From: Octopus bimaculoides
Lineage: Eukaryota
Length of the DNA: 64,000 nucleotides
Assembly (NCBI RefSeq): GCF_001194135.2
Contig: NC_068981.1
Coordinates: 142,056,733-142,120,732 of the forward strand
Direction: 5' to 3'
The notes below the pieces were generated by a model that was not told where the DNA came from, did no database searches, and saw only the letters and a program-made list of their open reading frames with translations. Made by a program: the position numbers and the translations under genes. Shown here piece by piece: positions 39,650 through 53,100 of this stretch (position 1 is its first letter; the number at the start of each line of letters is the position of its first letter).

Positions 39650-39770
39650 AGAGATAAGAAGAATTGATTAATGTGCTTGGATGGTACTTTATTTATCGGC
39701 TCCAACCTGAGAAAATGAAATGCAAAGCTGACGTTGTTGAGATTGAACTCGGAATGCGGAAAGCTGTTAC
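39650..39770 (-). mobile_element. Decayed SINE family A remnant
   Basis: ggtacttatttatcggc...gaaaatgaaatgcaaagctgacgttgttgagattgaactcggaatg matches the reverse of the family A body. Similar remnants lie at ~32860 (+), ~38790, ~55075, ~55550, ~55700 (all -) and ~58390 (+). Confidence 0.6.
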
Positions 39771-40550
39771 AAATAACAAAAGACATCCATAGACCTGTGG
39801 AGAAAATGCCCCGATCTATTTAGCTGCGTTGCTTCACTTTCAGACTTTAAGAAACCCTAACATATATTTGCCATTATTGAATTCACCGAAACCCTCTCTG
39901 TGTATTTTCTTTTGCTTATGTTAAAAATCATTATATATTGCAATTTAATGCTTGATTAGCGCTAACTATTCAGAGCTATAATCAAAAGCTTTCCATCCCC
40001 GCCAATTCCATTTTGTTTTGTATTCATGATTACCTTATTCAAATTTTTCTCCTTTTTAAGACGGTACAATATTATTTGAGGAAGATTTGGCTCCAGTATT
40101 TAGCTAGCGCTTAGACGCTCCCTTGGCTCTAATACATTTATATTACGATTTCACCAGTAGTAGTAGTAGGAGCATTTCATTTCTGGTTAAATATATTTTA
40201 AGAGAACCGTGCAATTTATTACAGTTAAAAGCCCAAATAAGTGTTTATCATAAGATTAGCGCTAGTTCTCTCTTCTCACTGATTGACACTTTCAACTAAT
40301 GGAATTCCTAAAGTGATGCAGCACAAGCAAAGAACGAGAGAACGACTGATGAATGCAACATTCCACCGAGATAAATGTTGGGGAACTGCCTATGACAATT
40401 CTTGTTTAGTCAAAAAAAAAAAAGAAAAAAAAGAGAGGTGGAGTGGAGATAGAGACAGAGAAAAAGAAAAATCTTACGTCACAAATGATTCAGATAATTA
40501 ATGGTTGGTGCCTGTGCTTAGAAATCATTATCATTTGATGTTAGAAATCG

Positions 40551-40607
<57 letters not shown>

Positions 40608-41508
40608 TAGTAAAAGCAAATTGGCGCTCTGTCTTTGTCGCTGTAGCAGCAGTCCGTTTTGGTTCCCTGTTTGTTCGAGTCAAGAATGATGCACGTCGGT
40701 ACATCCTTGCCTGATAATTTGAAATATTCGCTCGTTGAAGTCATTGTGATTAATTGACATCATTCCAGCTCTTGCTGCAAATAAATGGCTGTCTGAAGTG
40801 AAGTGACGACTGCTCACTTGCATTGGCTTTCGTTTTGTTATTGCTATTGATGGAAACATTAAGATTACTCATATTGTATGAATCTGAACCTCCTGCGGAG
40901 GTGGAGATGGCCAAGTGGGTGGCGTGTATTATATTGTGCAGTCAACACAATGCAACACGAAGTGGACCATTTTAATGTTTCCTTTCATTGATATTACTCT
41001 GTTAGATTTTTCTTTGTCTAAAACTGCAAGCTAGCAGAAAGTATAAAGAAGGGATGTTAAATAGCGTACATTAAAGTATATTTCATTTCCAGCAACACAG
41101 AACATGAAGTAAAGCGCACAGCCAAGCTTTCACGCTATGTAGATTCAATTGCAGGCAAAGGATGGAGGCCATTATATTTTACGAAAGCAAGGGCTAGGAA
41201 TAACAGAATTGGTAGAGTGATATACGAAATGCTCTGCACATTTGGTCACGTCCTTTACATATTTTGTTTTAATTTTGCCGAGATTAAATTTTTCATCATT
41301 CTCTGCTCGATATGATTGAGCATATTTTCACTTAGGAAAATATGAGTGTGGATTTCTGAATTTGTTGTACATATATTTGATGAATAGCATTAATTTCCTT
41401 GCTAACAGAACTATAAATTTTATCTCATGCACGCATTTCCATGAGCAAAATAATGATTCAAGTGGTAATGCTCAACCTGCTAAAAATAGAAACCAAGTGT
41501 CCTTCGAA

Positions 41509-41574
41509 TCACCTACATGTTATATGTATAATAGCTCTCACAGTGCATCTATGTACTACATACCAATCAGCATT
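41509..41574 (+). repeat. 66-bp direct repeat, copy 1 (copy 2 at 42822-42887)
   Basis: 62 of 66 positions identical by manual alignment. Confidence 0.92.
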
Positions 41575-42589
41575 AAAGAAAGGTACATTCAATTGAGCAA
41601 TGTTAATTACACACTGAAAATAAACAAAAAATTCGGATAGACCTCATTTAATGAAAAAAACGTGCCTGATCAGCGTTGGCATTAAACTAAGTTTCATTAT
41701 GATCAGCACCTACAACAATATACCAGCTGCTCTCGTTATTCATCATCCAATGAATAAATAAAATCTTTTCAAAACCTATCGAAAATTTCTGATGATACCG
41801 ATAATATTAAGAATAATTAACATATAGAGGCTAATTCTTAATAAATTATTACTAATCCTCTATCCTTAAACAAATTCTGATTAATAAAGAATTCGATCAG
41901 TTAATTGACATTAAATTGCATCACCACATAAATTACAATATCATTTTCAGACTTTCAATTTTTAATGATGTAATATATTGCTTTTGGGAGATGCAAACTT
42001 AACCCTTTATAATAAGTTTCCGAAAATGTGTTAGTTTCCTAGGGTATATTTCAAAGGGTTTATTGTTGTTTAGATGTGCCTATATGACAGAATGAATGTT
42101 GACTACAGTGAGTTATTCTATACATGTACGCATTTATGAACATCTCCCTTTCAAAGTCTCCCCCACTATTATTGCTGAATAAATCACGATATATATCGCG
42201 CTAAATATGCAATTATTCTTCTCCCTTCACCTGCTAACTTACAAAAGCATAAACGTCTATAGTCCCCACCCAACTATAGTGTTTTTCCAAAACTTTGATG
42301 AAACGAAAGGTCATCGAACTCAATCACATAAATATATATATACACATGTATATAAATCTCTCTGTGTATATGTTTGCATATTGTATCTGTGTAGATATTT
42401 GACGAGGATAGTAAATGACTCAAAATAGTTTTTCTGACAAATCCATTCATCATGTTTACGCACCTCTGTTTACTAATCCAAACCTATTAAATATGAACAT
42501 GCAGCTTTATGTATTGAGTTTGTATTACTCAGGTTTGTAATACCAGACATGATGCGATTTTGTGACACACACACACATGCACATGAACG

Positions 42590-42656
<67 letters not shown>

Positions 42657-43087
42657 AGAAATCCATAGAAATACCTGAGCGTCTGGTGTTTAGTGGCATT
42701 GTACGTAGAAGCATTGTTATAGCAATGATATATATGTATATATACGTATACACGTACACCCACATATACAAAATCATTTTTTAAAAAATATATTATATTC
42801 TCATGTATATTTATATGTATTTCACCTACATGTTATATATATAATAGCTCTCACAATGCATCTAAGTACTACATACCAATCAACATTCCCTGCGTCTAAC
42901 TGCTGGTTAGAAAGAGAAAACGGGAAAAGATGAAGCAAAGAAAATGAAAATACTAGTAGCTAGTACATTCAGTATCCCAGATAATGAATTTACCAGCTGT
43001 AAATCTCATTTTCCTCTGCCTATACAAATATTTTCATGTTTCTGTTTGTATGTTTGTATGCATGTATGTATGCATGTATGTAAGCAC

Positions 43088-43131
<44 letters not shown>

Positions 43132-43168
43132 GCATACATGTATTTANNNNNNNNNNNNNNNNNNNNNN

Positions 43169-43208
<40 letters not shown>

Positions 43209-43374
43209 TAAACAAATAGTAAATGAGTATATGCATATATACGTACAGGTGTGTGCATACCGACATCCACCTGTATGTATAGGTGCATATCTGGGTACAG
43301 GACATTGCAAACAAAACGTAGACGAGAAAACACACAAGCCACATAGAGAACATTCTACTTCATCAACTACCCAC

Positions 43375-43420
<46 letters not shown>

Positions 43421-43994
43421 GCATACATGTATTTATGCTTGAATATATGAAGGTATTTATGTAGGTAAATAATTTATAAATATGTGTATATGGCATATAA
43501 TAAAAATAAATATATTCATAATACCTAAATGTGTATCACGAATAAGTACCCGTTGGTATATAATTCTATATGAATATGAAGACACACACACACACACACA
43601 CACATATGTTTACATCCACGTGCTGTCAATTTTATGTTTAAGTACTACATAAATTGGTGCATTCTGCGTGGTTCATATTTACCATTTTCAGCTCACATTA
43701 TTTGTCGATCCGTGACTATATGCAAAATGTAGATCTGTTTGTTGTAGTCGATGTACCCGTGCTTTACATTCTACCCGAAACAATGATTTACTTTTCCACT
43801 TCTTGCATAGCTCCTTTCTGATGCAGGTTCAAAATAATTTTGTGAGGGCCTTCGAAATAGTGTCCAATCTACTGCCAATTTCTTCCTGCGAAATTGTTCT
43901 TGGCATTTACTGCTTTTCCTTTCATTAAAAATAAGTATTGAAAAAGTGACAATCGTGGCATTACTCAAATTACGCATGTCCTAACGAGAAATGA

Positions 43995-44060
<66 letters not shown>

Positions 44061-44644
44061 NNNNNNNNNNNNNNNNNNNNNNNNNNNNNNNNNNNNNNNN
44101 NNNNNNNNNNNNNNNNNNNNNNNNNNNNNNNNNNNNNNNNNNNNNNNNNNNNNNNNNNNNNNNNNNNNNNNNNNNNNNNNNNNNNNNNNNNNNNNNNNNN
44201 NNNNNNNNNNNNNNNNNNNNNNNNNNNNNNNNNNNNNNNNNNNNNNNNNNNNNNNNNNNNNNNNNNNNNNNNNNNNNNNNNNNNNNNNNNNNNNNNNNNN
44301 NNNNNNNNNNNNNNNNNNNNNNNNNNNNNNNNNNNNNNNNNNNNNNNNNNNNNNNNNNNNNNNNNNNNNNNNNNNNNNNNNNNNNNNNNNNNNNNNNNNN
44401 NNNNNNNNNNNNNNNNNNNNNNNNNNNNNNNNNNNNNNNNNNNNNNNNNNNNNNNNNNNNNNNNNNNNNNNNNNNNNNNNNNNNNNNNNNNNNNNNNNNN
44501 NNNNNNNNNNNNNNNNNNNNNNNNNNNNNNNNNNNNNNNNNNNNNNNNNNNNNNNNNNNNNNNNNNNNNNNNNNNNNNNNNNNNNNNNNNNNNNNNNNNN
44601 NNNNNNNATAAACCTCCGAATACTGTCGTTGCGTAAGACTTATG

Positions 44645-44684
<40 letters not shown>

Positions 44685-45189
44685 TTTGATATGTATGTCT
44701 AACATACATAATTCTCTTCCACCACGACAATTCTGTTTCGCTTCTAAATAATATAGATTCCAAAGCTTCTAGTTCGTTATTTTCTAATGCATTCTTTTCT
44801 AAAATTTCCACCAAGAAACCCGCAAAGTTGGTATAACAAGACACGTTGCTCACAGCATGCTACCAGACAAAATCATTAACCTTATAAGCGAACATATAAA
44901 TAAGCTATGCCGCAGCCATGATTTCTTCTCATAAATATGTCCCTTGGGAGATTAGACATCAAGGTTTACTCTCCTTCCTGGACATAATGAATAATATTTT
45001 AATACGGGAAGGCAACCTATATATTGTGTATTGCACTTCTATTAATTTCATATTGAAAGTTACTTTCTAGAGAGATTGATATAGATCCGCATGTATGCAC
45101 AGACACAGCATATCTATTGATACATATACATACTTTCGTACATTCATGCATACTTATATGATACGTACAGCCATCTGTCCATACTTCCA

Positions 45190-45493
45190 CGCTTGTATAA
45201 ACATGCACATTATGTATGTGTGATGTGTGTGTATATGTGTTAGTGGAAATATATAAACACGCATGCTCTTACATACATATATGCATATATCAACGCACAT
45301 ATGTACGCGCTTATATATACATATACACACATATATACATGTATATATATGTGTATAAATGTATATATATATGTGTGTGTATGTGTGTGTGTGTGTGTGC
45401 ATATATGCATATATATATGTATATATGTATGTATATATGCATGTATATATGTATATATATATATATTTATGTGTATATGTATATATATATATG

Positions 45494-45524
<31 letters not shown>

Positions 45525-45577
45525 GCATATATATACACATATATATTTATGTATTTGTGTATTTATGTGCGTCTATA
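45190..45577. repeat. Degenerate (TA/TG) low-complexity tract
   Basis: Read directly; similar tracts at 57218-57680 and 60578-60850. Confidence 0.93.
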
Positions 45578-46079
45578 NNNNNNNNNNNNNNNNNNNNNNN
45601 NNNNNNNNNNNNNNNNNNNNNNNNNNNNNNNNNNNNNNNNNNNNNNNNNNNNNNNNNNNNNNNNNNNNNNNNNNNNNNNNNNNNNNNNNNNNNNNNNNNN
45701 NNNNNNNNNNNNNNNNNNNNNNNNNNNNNNNNNNNNNNNNNNNNNNNNNNNNNNNNNNNNNNNNNNNNNTATATATAAAGAGAGAGATACAGAGAGAGAG
45801 ACCTGTTTGTGTGTGTCTGTGTGTGCTTGTAATGTACACGTACATACACTTTAGATTTTTATTTTTCATATTTCGAACAAGATGACACGAATGTGAGTTG
45901 CTAGTTGCTATCAATGACTGAGATAGTCTGATGGGACTATGAACATGTCGTGTCAAACTGCAATGAATATTATGACAGATGAATTGATGGCCATGTTTGC
46001 AAAGATCGTAGAAATTGTGTTGTACCAATACTTGTACATAGAAATCATCACTGTTCTAATAAATCTTTGCTCTTGTGTT

Positions 46080-47140
46080 GAGGATTACCTTGACTATGAT
46101 TGTGATGGTTATGATGAGTGTCAAGATGGCGGCGATATTTATGCTGAAAATGATTATGCCGAAAATTTTGATAGTAGTTTTGGTAGTGGTTGTGGCAATG
46201 GTGATTGTGATAGTTTTGTGGATGGTGATGTTGATCGTGCTCATCCTATAGTTTGTGACTGTGGTGATATTGGTGGCTTAGAGGAAGATGATACATGTGG
46301 TAGAGTTGTTGTCGTTGACAAAGATTGTGATGATAATTCTGATATCGATTATGTTCGTACTGTTGTTCATGATCTTGCTGCTGCTGCTGCTGCCGATGTT
46401 CGTCATCGCGGTTGTGATGATGATAATGATGTGATGATAATGGCGACGTTGATAATGTTCATACTTGTGGCCATGAATGTAATGATGCTGAAAGTGTTCA
46501 TGATTTTGATCATGATACTGGTTGTGGTGTTGGTGGTGATATCAGCGTGGCTTGTGAAGATGTCATTGTCGGTTACATCGTTGTTAATTATGGAGGTGAT
46601 AGCGATGATGCCGGTGACAGTGGTAATTGAGATGGCATGGATGATATTGATGGTTATATTTATTATGATGTTGATAATTATTATGGTGATGCGAAAATTT
46701 GTTTCACAAAATTGAAGAGAATGGTGCTAAGTGGTGTGATAATGAAACGTATGATGGAGATGTTGGTGGTGATATTTTGGGATTATGTCGATGATGAACG
46801 TGATTAATGATTGTTGTGACTATGATGATATTGATTATAGTCTCTGTTGTTGGGGATGTTGTTGTTGGAGGTGGTGATGTTGGTGGTGGTGTTGCTGCTG
46901 TTGTCAGCTCCATGACAGCCATAGTGCATCAGACTTATGATCAAACACACTCTAACAAATACCATTCTGTCACTCGGCATGCTATCAAATAGCAGCCACA
47001 TATCTGCTCCACCCTCAAACACACCCTACAAAATCTTTTAGAGGAAGGCTGCATTGAATAACGTAGACCTTGATATGACGACGATATTGCTGCTGATGCT
47101 GGTAGTTGCTGTGGTGGTTGTGGTAGCAGAGGCAGTTGTA
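46080..47140. repeat. ~1-kb degenerate (GAT/GGT/GTT) trinucleotide tract
   Basis: Strong triplet periodicity such as gatggtgatgttgatcgtgct and ggtggtgatgttggtggtggtgttgctgct. Confidence 0.88.
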
Positions 47141-47273
47141 ATTTTGTTCCTTGTCAAGTGTATATTAGGAGCATGTTGTAGTTGATATCAGCATGAAGTC
47201 AGTTTTACTCTTTGCTTAGACGTAGATTATATGTTATTTCCTTCAATGATAGTTAAATATAATACAGACACAC

Positions 47274-47321
<48 letters not shown>

Positions 47322-49264
47322 CATAAGAAAGTGAAAAAATGCGCGCGCGTTCAGATATACAAATACATTTGTATATGCATGTGCCTGAATATTATTGCAA
47401 TTTAAATTGTCAGACATTAATATGATTGTCAGTTTTGCTATTGGTTGCGTAATAAATGTTATAATAACTAGACTTTCGTCGACGTTTGATATGTCAGGTC
47501 TTTGCTTATATATGCCTGATATCTTCAGTACGAAACTGCAAAGTCTGATGTACCTGCAATTTGAAATACTGGATATATTACTATTTAATGCACAACTAAT
47601 AATGAAACCGACAGCCATCTCAATAATTTGAACATTTGGATTCTAAAAACACCCTCTGATGCACACCAGTCACTCAGACAATTACCGATGTTATACATAT
47701 ATTATATTCACACATATATGCCCGTATATCATCCGCATACATATCAGTCACTTGCACATACGCAACCGTTACATCTAACTTTCCAAACTCCTGTCCGATT
47801 TGTCTTCACTGGCATTTCTAAATTAAATATAGCTGTATTATTGATGCTGTTGCAGTGGCGGAGCCATCAGCCTAAAAGCAAATTTGCTCTCAGAGGCACT
47901 GACCAAATCATCAACAGTGGCTGACAGCAAAAGCGGTCTATGGAATATATTTGATGCGTTGAGGATGAATATTTTCCCTCAAATTCGAGTTTGGAATAAG
48001 TTCATTGTGCCACATTCTGTTTAAAAAATCCTTTGTTGTTTAAAGAATGTGGGACATGAAAGATTGTCTCCGAGAGGGTAGTAACATCTTCCATTGTGCT
48101 AAATGGCAGAAAATCAAATTTAGTCTTGGGGATGAATTGATTGTTCAGCGGCACTGAATCGATTATTTTGCTGGTAAATAATTGCAACCTCGAGAGACCA
48201 AATTTATATATATATATATATATATATATACGCACACAAACATATAATTCCAGCCTAGCTTTGTCTATAATAGCGAACGTGAACTAAAGAACGCACACAC
48301 ACGCGTATACTTTCCTTAATACATTTTTGTAATATATTTTCTTCTTTCTTCCACCGCTACCACGTCGGGTGATGCATAATTTATTTGTTACATTACTTAC
48401 TCCGCAAGATCATAATATACAAAATAGTGTTGGCATATGAAGTGCTAACATGAACATGATAATATTTCATCCCATATCAAAGATTAGCCGAACGGATCCC
48501 ATTTCACCCTGAGTCAGAGAAGATTTAGCAAGGAATCCGAGCGCCGTCTAAATAACAGGAGCTTAAAACACCAACAAAACTCATTTCAACAAATCAAAGC
48601 TATACAAATTTAGCTGTTTATTCTATTTTTACAATAGGTTTTCAGTTTAACAGCTTTCTCTTGTTGTATCGTATATTCTACGATGGATTCTCAATTACCA
48701 TGTAGCATTGTTACCTTCAGATTCAATAAATCCATGTTTCTTTAATATTCTTCTTTTGTACAAATCCAGTATTACACACAGATTTTGTGCAATATTTTCT
48801 AGTAAATCCATCACTCTTCTGTAATTGATCACATGATTGCGTGTTCCAAAGGATTTTTACAATTATTTTCTTTTTCTTTTGACAGCATAAATTCGAGTGA
48901 AAGAAATCTTTTTTGTATGCTCATTTTTTTTGTTACTTTTAGTGATTTTTTTTTTCTGTATATTCAATCAAATAGTCTATGTCACTTAAAATGAAGCTAT
49001 TATTATAGCAGTTGATATTTCTTCTTACAAGCACATATTGATGATATGGCACTGTCAGCATTTCTATTATAGAAGTGCGCAATCACTAGCCTTCTAGCCT
49101 TTTATTACAATTCATTTTAACGGCTTTGATGAAGTAATAACGAACCGTGTAAGATCTGTCACACACATCCACTTAAACGTACACATATGAATATATATTA
49201 CACATGGGCATATTTGATAAATGTGCATTCTCCTTGTGCAAGATATAAAACTATAAATGAAAGC

Positions 49265-49367
<103 letters not shown>

Positions 49368-50113
49368 GCNNNNNNNNNNNNNNNNNNNNNNNNNNNNNNN
49401 NNNNNNNNNNNNNNNNNNNNNNNNNNNNNNNNNNNNNNNNNNNNNNNNNNNNNNNNNNNNNNNNNNNNNNNNNNNNNNNNNNNNNNNNNNNNNNNNNNNN
49501 NNNNNNNNNNNNNNNNNNNNNNNNNNNNNNNNNNNNNNNNNNNNNNNNNNNNNNNNNNNNNNNNNNNNNNNNNNNNNNNNNNNNNNNNNNNNNNNNNNNN
49601 NNNNNNNNNNNNNNNNNNNNNNNNNNNNNNNNNNNNNNNNNNNNNNNNNNNNNNNNNNNNNNNNNNNNNNNNNNNNNNNNNNNNNNNNNNNNNNNNNNNN
49701 NNNNNNNNNNNNNNNNNNNNNNNNNNNNNNNNNNNNNNNNNNNNNNNNNNNNNNNNNNNNNNNNNNNNNNNNNNNNNNNNNNNNNNNNNNNNNNNNNNNN
49801 NNNNNNNNNNNNNNNNNNNNNNNNNNNNNNNNNNNNNNNNNNNNNNNNNNNNNNNNNNNNNNNNNNNNNNNNNNNNNNNNNNNNNNNNNNNNNNNNNNNN
49901 NNNNNNNNNNNNNNNNNNNNNNNNNNNNNNNNNNNNNNNNNNNNNNNNNNNNNNNNNNNNNNNNNNNNNNNNNNNNNNNNNNNNNNNNNNNNNNNNNNNN
50001 NNNNNNNNNNNNNNNNNNNNNNNNNNNNNNNNNNNNNNNNNNNNNNNNNNNNNNNNNNNNNNNNNNNNNNNNNNNNNNNNNNNNNNNNNNNNNNNNNNNN
50101 NNNNNNNNNNNNN

Positions 50114-50145
<32 letters not shown>

Positions 50146-53100
50146 AGTAAGTATATATGTATGCTGTGTGCGTGTATGTGATTGCATGCTCATATTCAAA
50201 TATCTAATTATGTAAATAGATAGATCTGTATGTACTTATATATTCACAGTATTTTAGTTTCTTTTTCTTTTCCAACCATAAATGGTCACTGCAACAGCAA
50301 TACGATCAGCAGCAATCCAGACATAGCCATAGCAAGCTCTGTCCATTCTCAATAACCGTGCATCTGCATCATGTAATGTTCTATTCTAATTCAAAAATAT
50401 TAGGGTGGACTTTGAGACATATTGGCTGTTACTTATATAACAGGTCTTGTTCGAAAGTATGCATGTACGCATTAGCTTAAACATCGTCTGTGAAAGAAAA
50501 CATTTGTCTTAAATTATTATAATCATGGAATAATACAAACTTTTTAACCGCCTGTTTAACCATCAAACCATTATAACGTTGATTTACTGCTATGATATTA
50601 GTTTCGTTGTCACTGATGATACTGGATACATTTTGATGAAATGACGGGTACTTATCTTACAAACTACATGAAGTCAGAAGTCTTCAGTTATCAACATTTC
50701 GTCTTATGCTTTACGTAATGTGATTGTATTTGGCATATCGTAATTGCTAATGAACTGAAAGGTTGAAATTATTGTTTTCGAAATTTACTCTTTGTCCATC
50801 CAATTACGGTTAGCTATACAACTAACATTCATTCTTTTACTGACCTTATTGTTAGTGTTAGTCCTTTCTTTGATTTCTTCTTGCATTTCGCGTTCGTTTT
50901 CAAACTTGTATTCTTAGTTTTCTTCTCCTTCGTCATATTTCTTCCTTTCTTCCTCCTCTCTCTCGTAAGATATTATCAATATTTGAACTTACTCTCGATA
51001 TTTGTTTATGTATTGGGAGATGAAACGACGAACAGAATGCATTTACGATGTAAATTCAAAAACTCTAGGGGTAGATACCATTTTATTTCACTAAGTGCGT
51101 CACCAGTATAAGAATCAAACATATTCTAACCTCAACATAAACGGCCGTATTTTTCCCCCAAAATCTTCGGTTTTGTGTTTATGCCAAAATTGTTATTCAT
51201 TTTATATTCTAACATATAAACAAGACCAAATATCTTGAACGTACACGTTGTTTAATTAATCACAGTATCTCATTACATCATATTTTCTGACCTCCGGCGG
51301 GATGAAATGCAAAATTAACGTAAAGTAGGGTTCTGTACGCAGTCTTGAGTTTAGAAATAGCAGCCACATCTTTTTTGATTTTACTCTACCCTAGCAACGA
51401 ATGTTGGGCTTAAAGATGGAAATTTTTTGTTAGAAAGAATCTGAACATAGGCCTTGGGAATAAGAACTAACCCGAAGTTAAACACGCGATCAATGAGGGA
51501 GACTGTGCGCTCATACAGGTTTTGTTATATCATATCTCCTTAAAAATCAAAGCTTACAAGTTTATAACAGAACAAAAACAACGGGCACATTTGATGACAC
51601 TGTAAGGCAAATTAATGATGTAGGAGATGGTTAAAATTGGCTCATCTTTGATAATATGACTGGGGTAACATATCTGACTTGGGCTAAAACAACTACAATA
51701 GCATGAAAGGCTTCGTCTGGGTCTAATACAAAATATACGTGTTAAATTCTATTTTTCATGTCCACATTATATTGCGTATTCTGTGCATTCAATATGAATG
51801 CTGTCGTCAAAATCACCGCCAAGCATATGGTAGCTAACTTATTAATATATTCTCAGGCCATTCACTGAATATCATCAAATATATTTTCATTGGTGTCATA
51901 GAAATAACCAATTTTTTTGTCATATGACGCTATGCAATATTTGTGTCAATAAAATGTTAGCGAGCAAATATCAATTTAGCAAATCAATATAATAATATAG
52001 TGAAGCTGTCCTCGACTGAAAGTTGCAACAAAACACTTTAGTTTCATTTTGCCAGAGTGAAATTGGATGACCTGAAAGAGTGCGGAAAACTGTCTCATGG
52101 ACCTCTTGTAGTACAATGAACCATACTTGCCTTTCATCTAACGCTAACTGTGCATGATGATGTGAATGTTATTTCTGTCTGTGGAATACTCAGCCACATA
52201 TATGATAAAAGAAAGTGTCGGTAGATTAGTTGATACTCATTATTGAAACCAATGTAGTGTCCGTATCTATCATTTGCATTTATAAATAAATGTATATGTA
52301 TTCGTATATATATATATATGTTCAAATATGTATAGAAACTTATACACCTTTATATATAAGCATACGCGCACACGCACACACACGCACATGTGAATATGCG
52401 TGTGTATATAGATATGTCTATATATATGTAAGCACCTTTTCTACTTATTTATATAAATATATATGTGTATATATATATGTACGTATGCACGTTTATATCG
52501 AGTCTAACAAGGTAGATATTGATGTAGGGTTTAACGTAAGTTATGTCCTTCTAAACACGCTTGCATGCATATATACATACATACATTCATACATAAATAA
52601 ATAAATACATACATACATACGTACGTACATACATACGTACATGCATACATATGTGCTCATGCCTTCTACATCTATTTGTATGAATGAACATAGAAATATA
52701 TTTATGTGTATAGCTGCAAATGAGTTTCTGTGTACGTAAGCAACTTTAAATCTGTGCATGTTGTCATAAGGAATTTGGAATACATTTGAGAATGTGCATG
52801 CGTACGTGCGTATGTTGGTGCATGTGTCCGTCTGTCTGTGTGTCTGCAAGTTTGCTTTTATGCTTTTGAATTTTCGAGTTCCTCCTGCGCGCGTTTGTGT
52901 AAATATGCATTTTAATGTATGTGTGTGTATGTTCTTGTGTTCACTTACGTGTAACATATATTATTGTTCGTGTATACGTCCTGTGCTTGTGAGTGTGTGT
53001 GTATGCGGGTAGATATGAACTGTTTTTTATTCGCTTGTGAGCGTGACATATGTTATTGTGTGTCTGTGATTGCATTAATGCATTTGTGTGCATGCATTTC

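Noticed and set aside
41093-41211. Plus-strand exon-like segment (NTEHEVKRTAKLSRYVDSIAGKGWRPLYF...)
   Set aside because: The apparent donor is weak (gtagag) and lies in a decayed SINE head.
43115-43436. Repeated tatatacatgcatacatgtattta on both sides of the 22-nt gap
   Set aside because: Low complexity and adjacent to a gap; may be an assembly overlap artefact.
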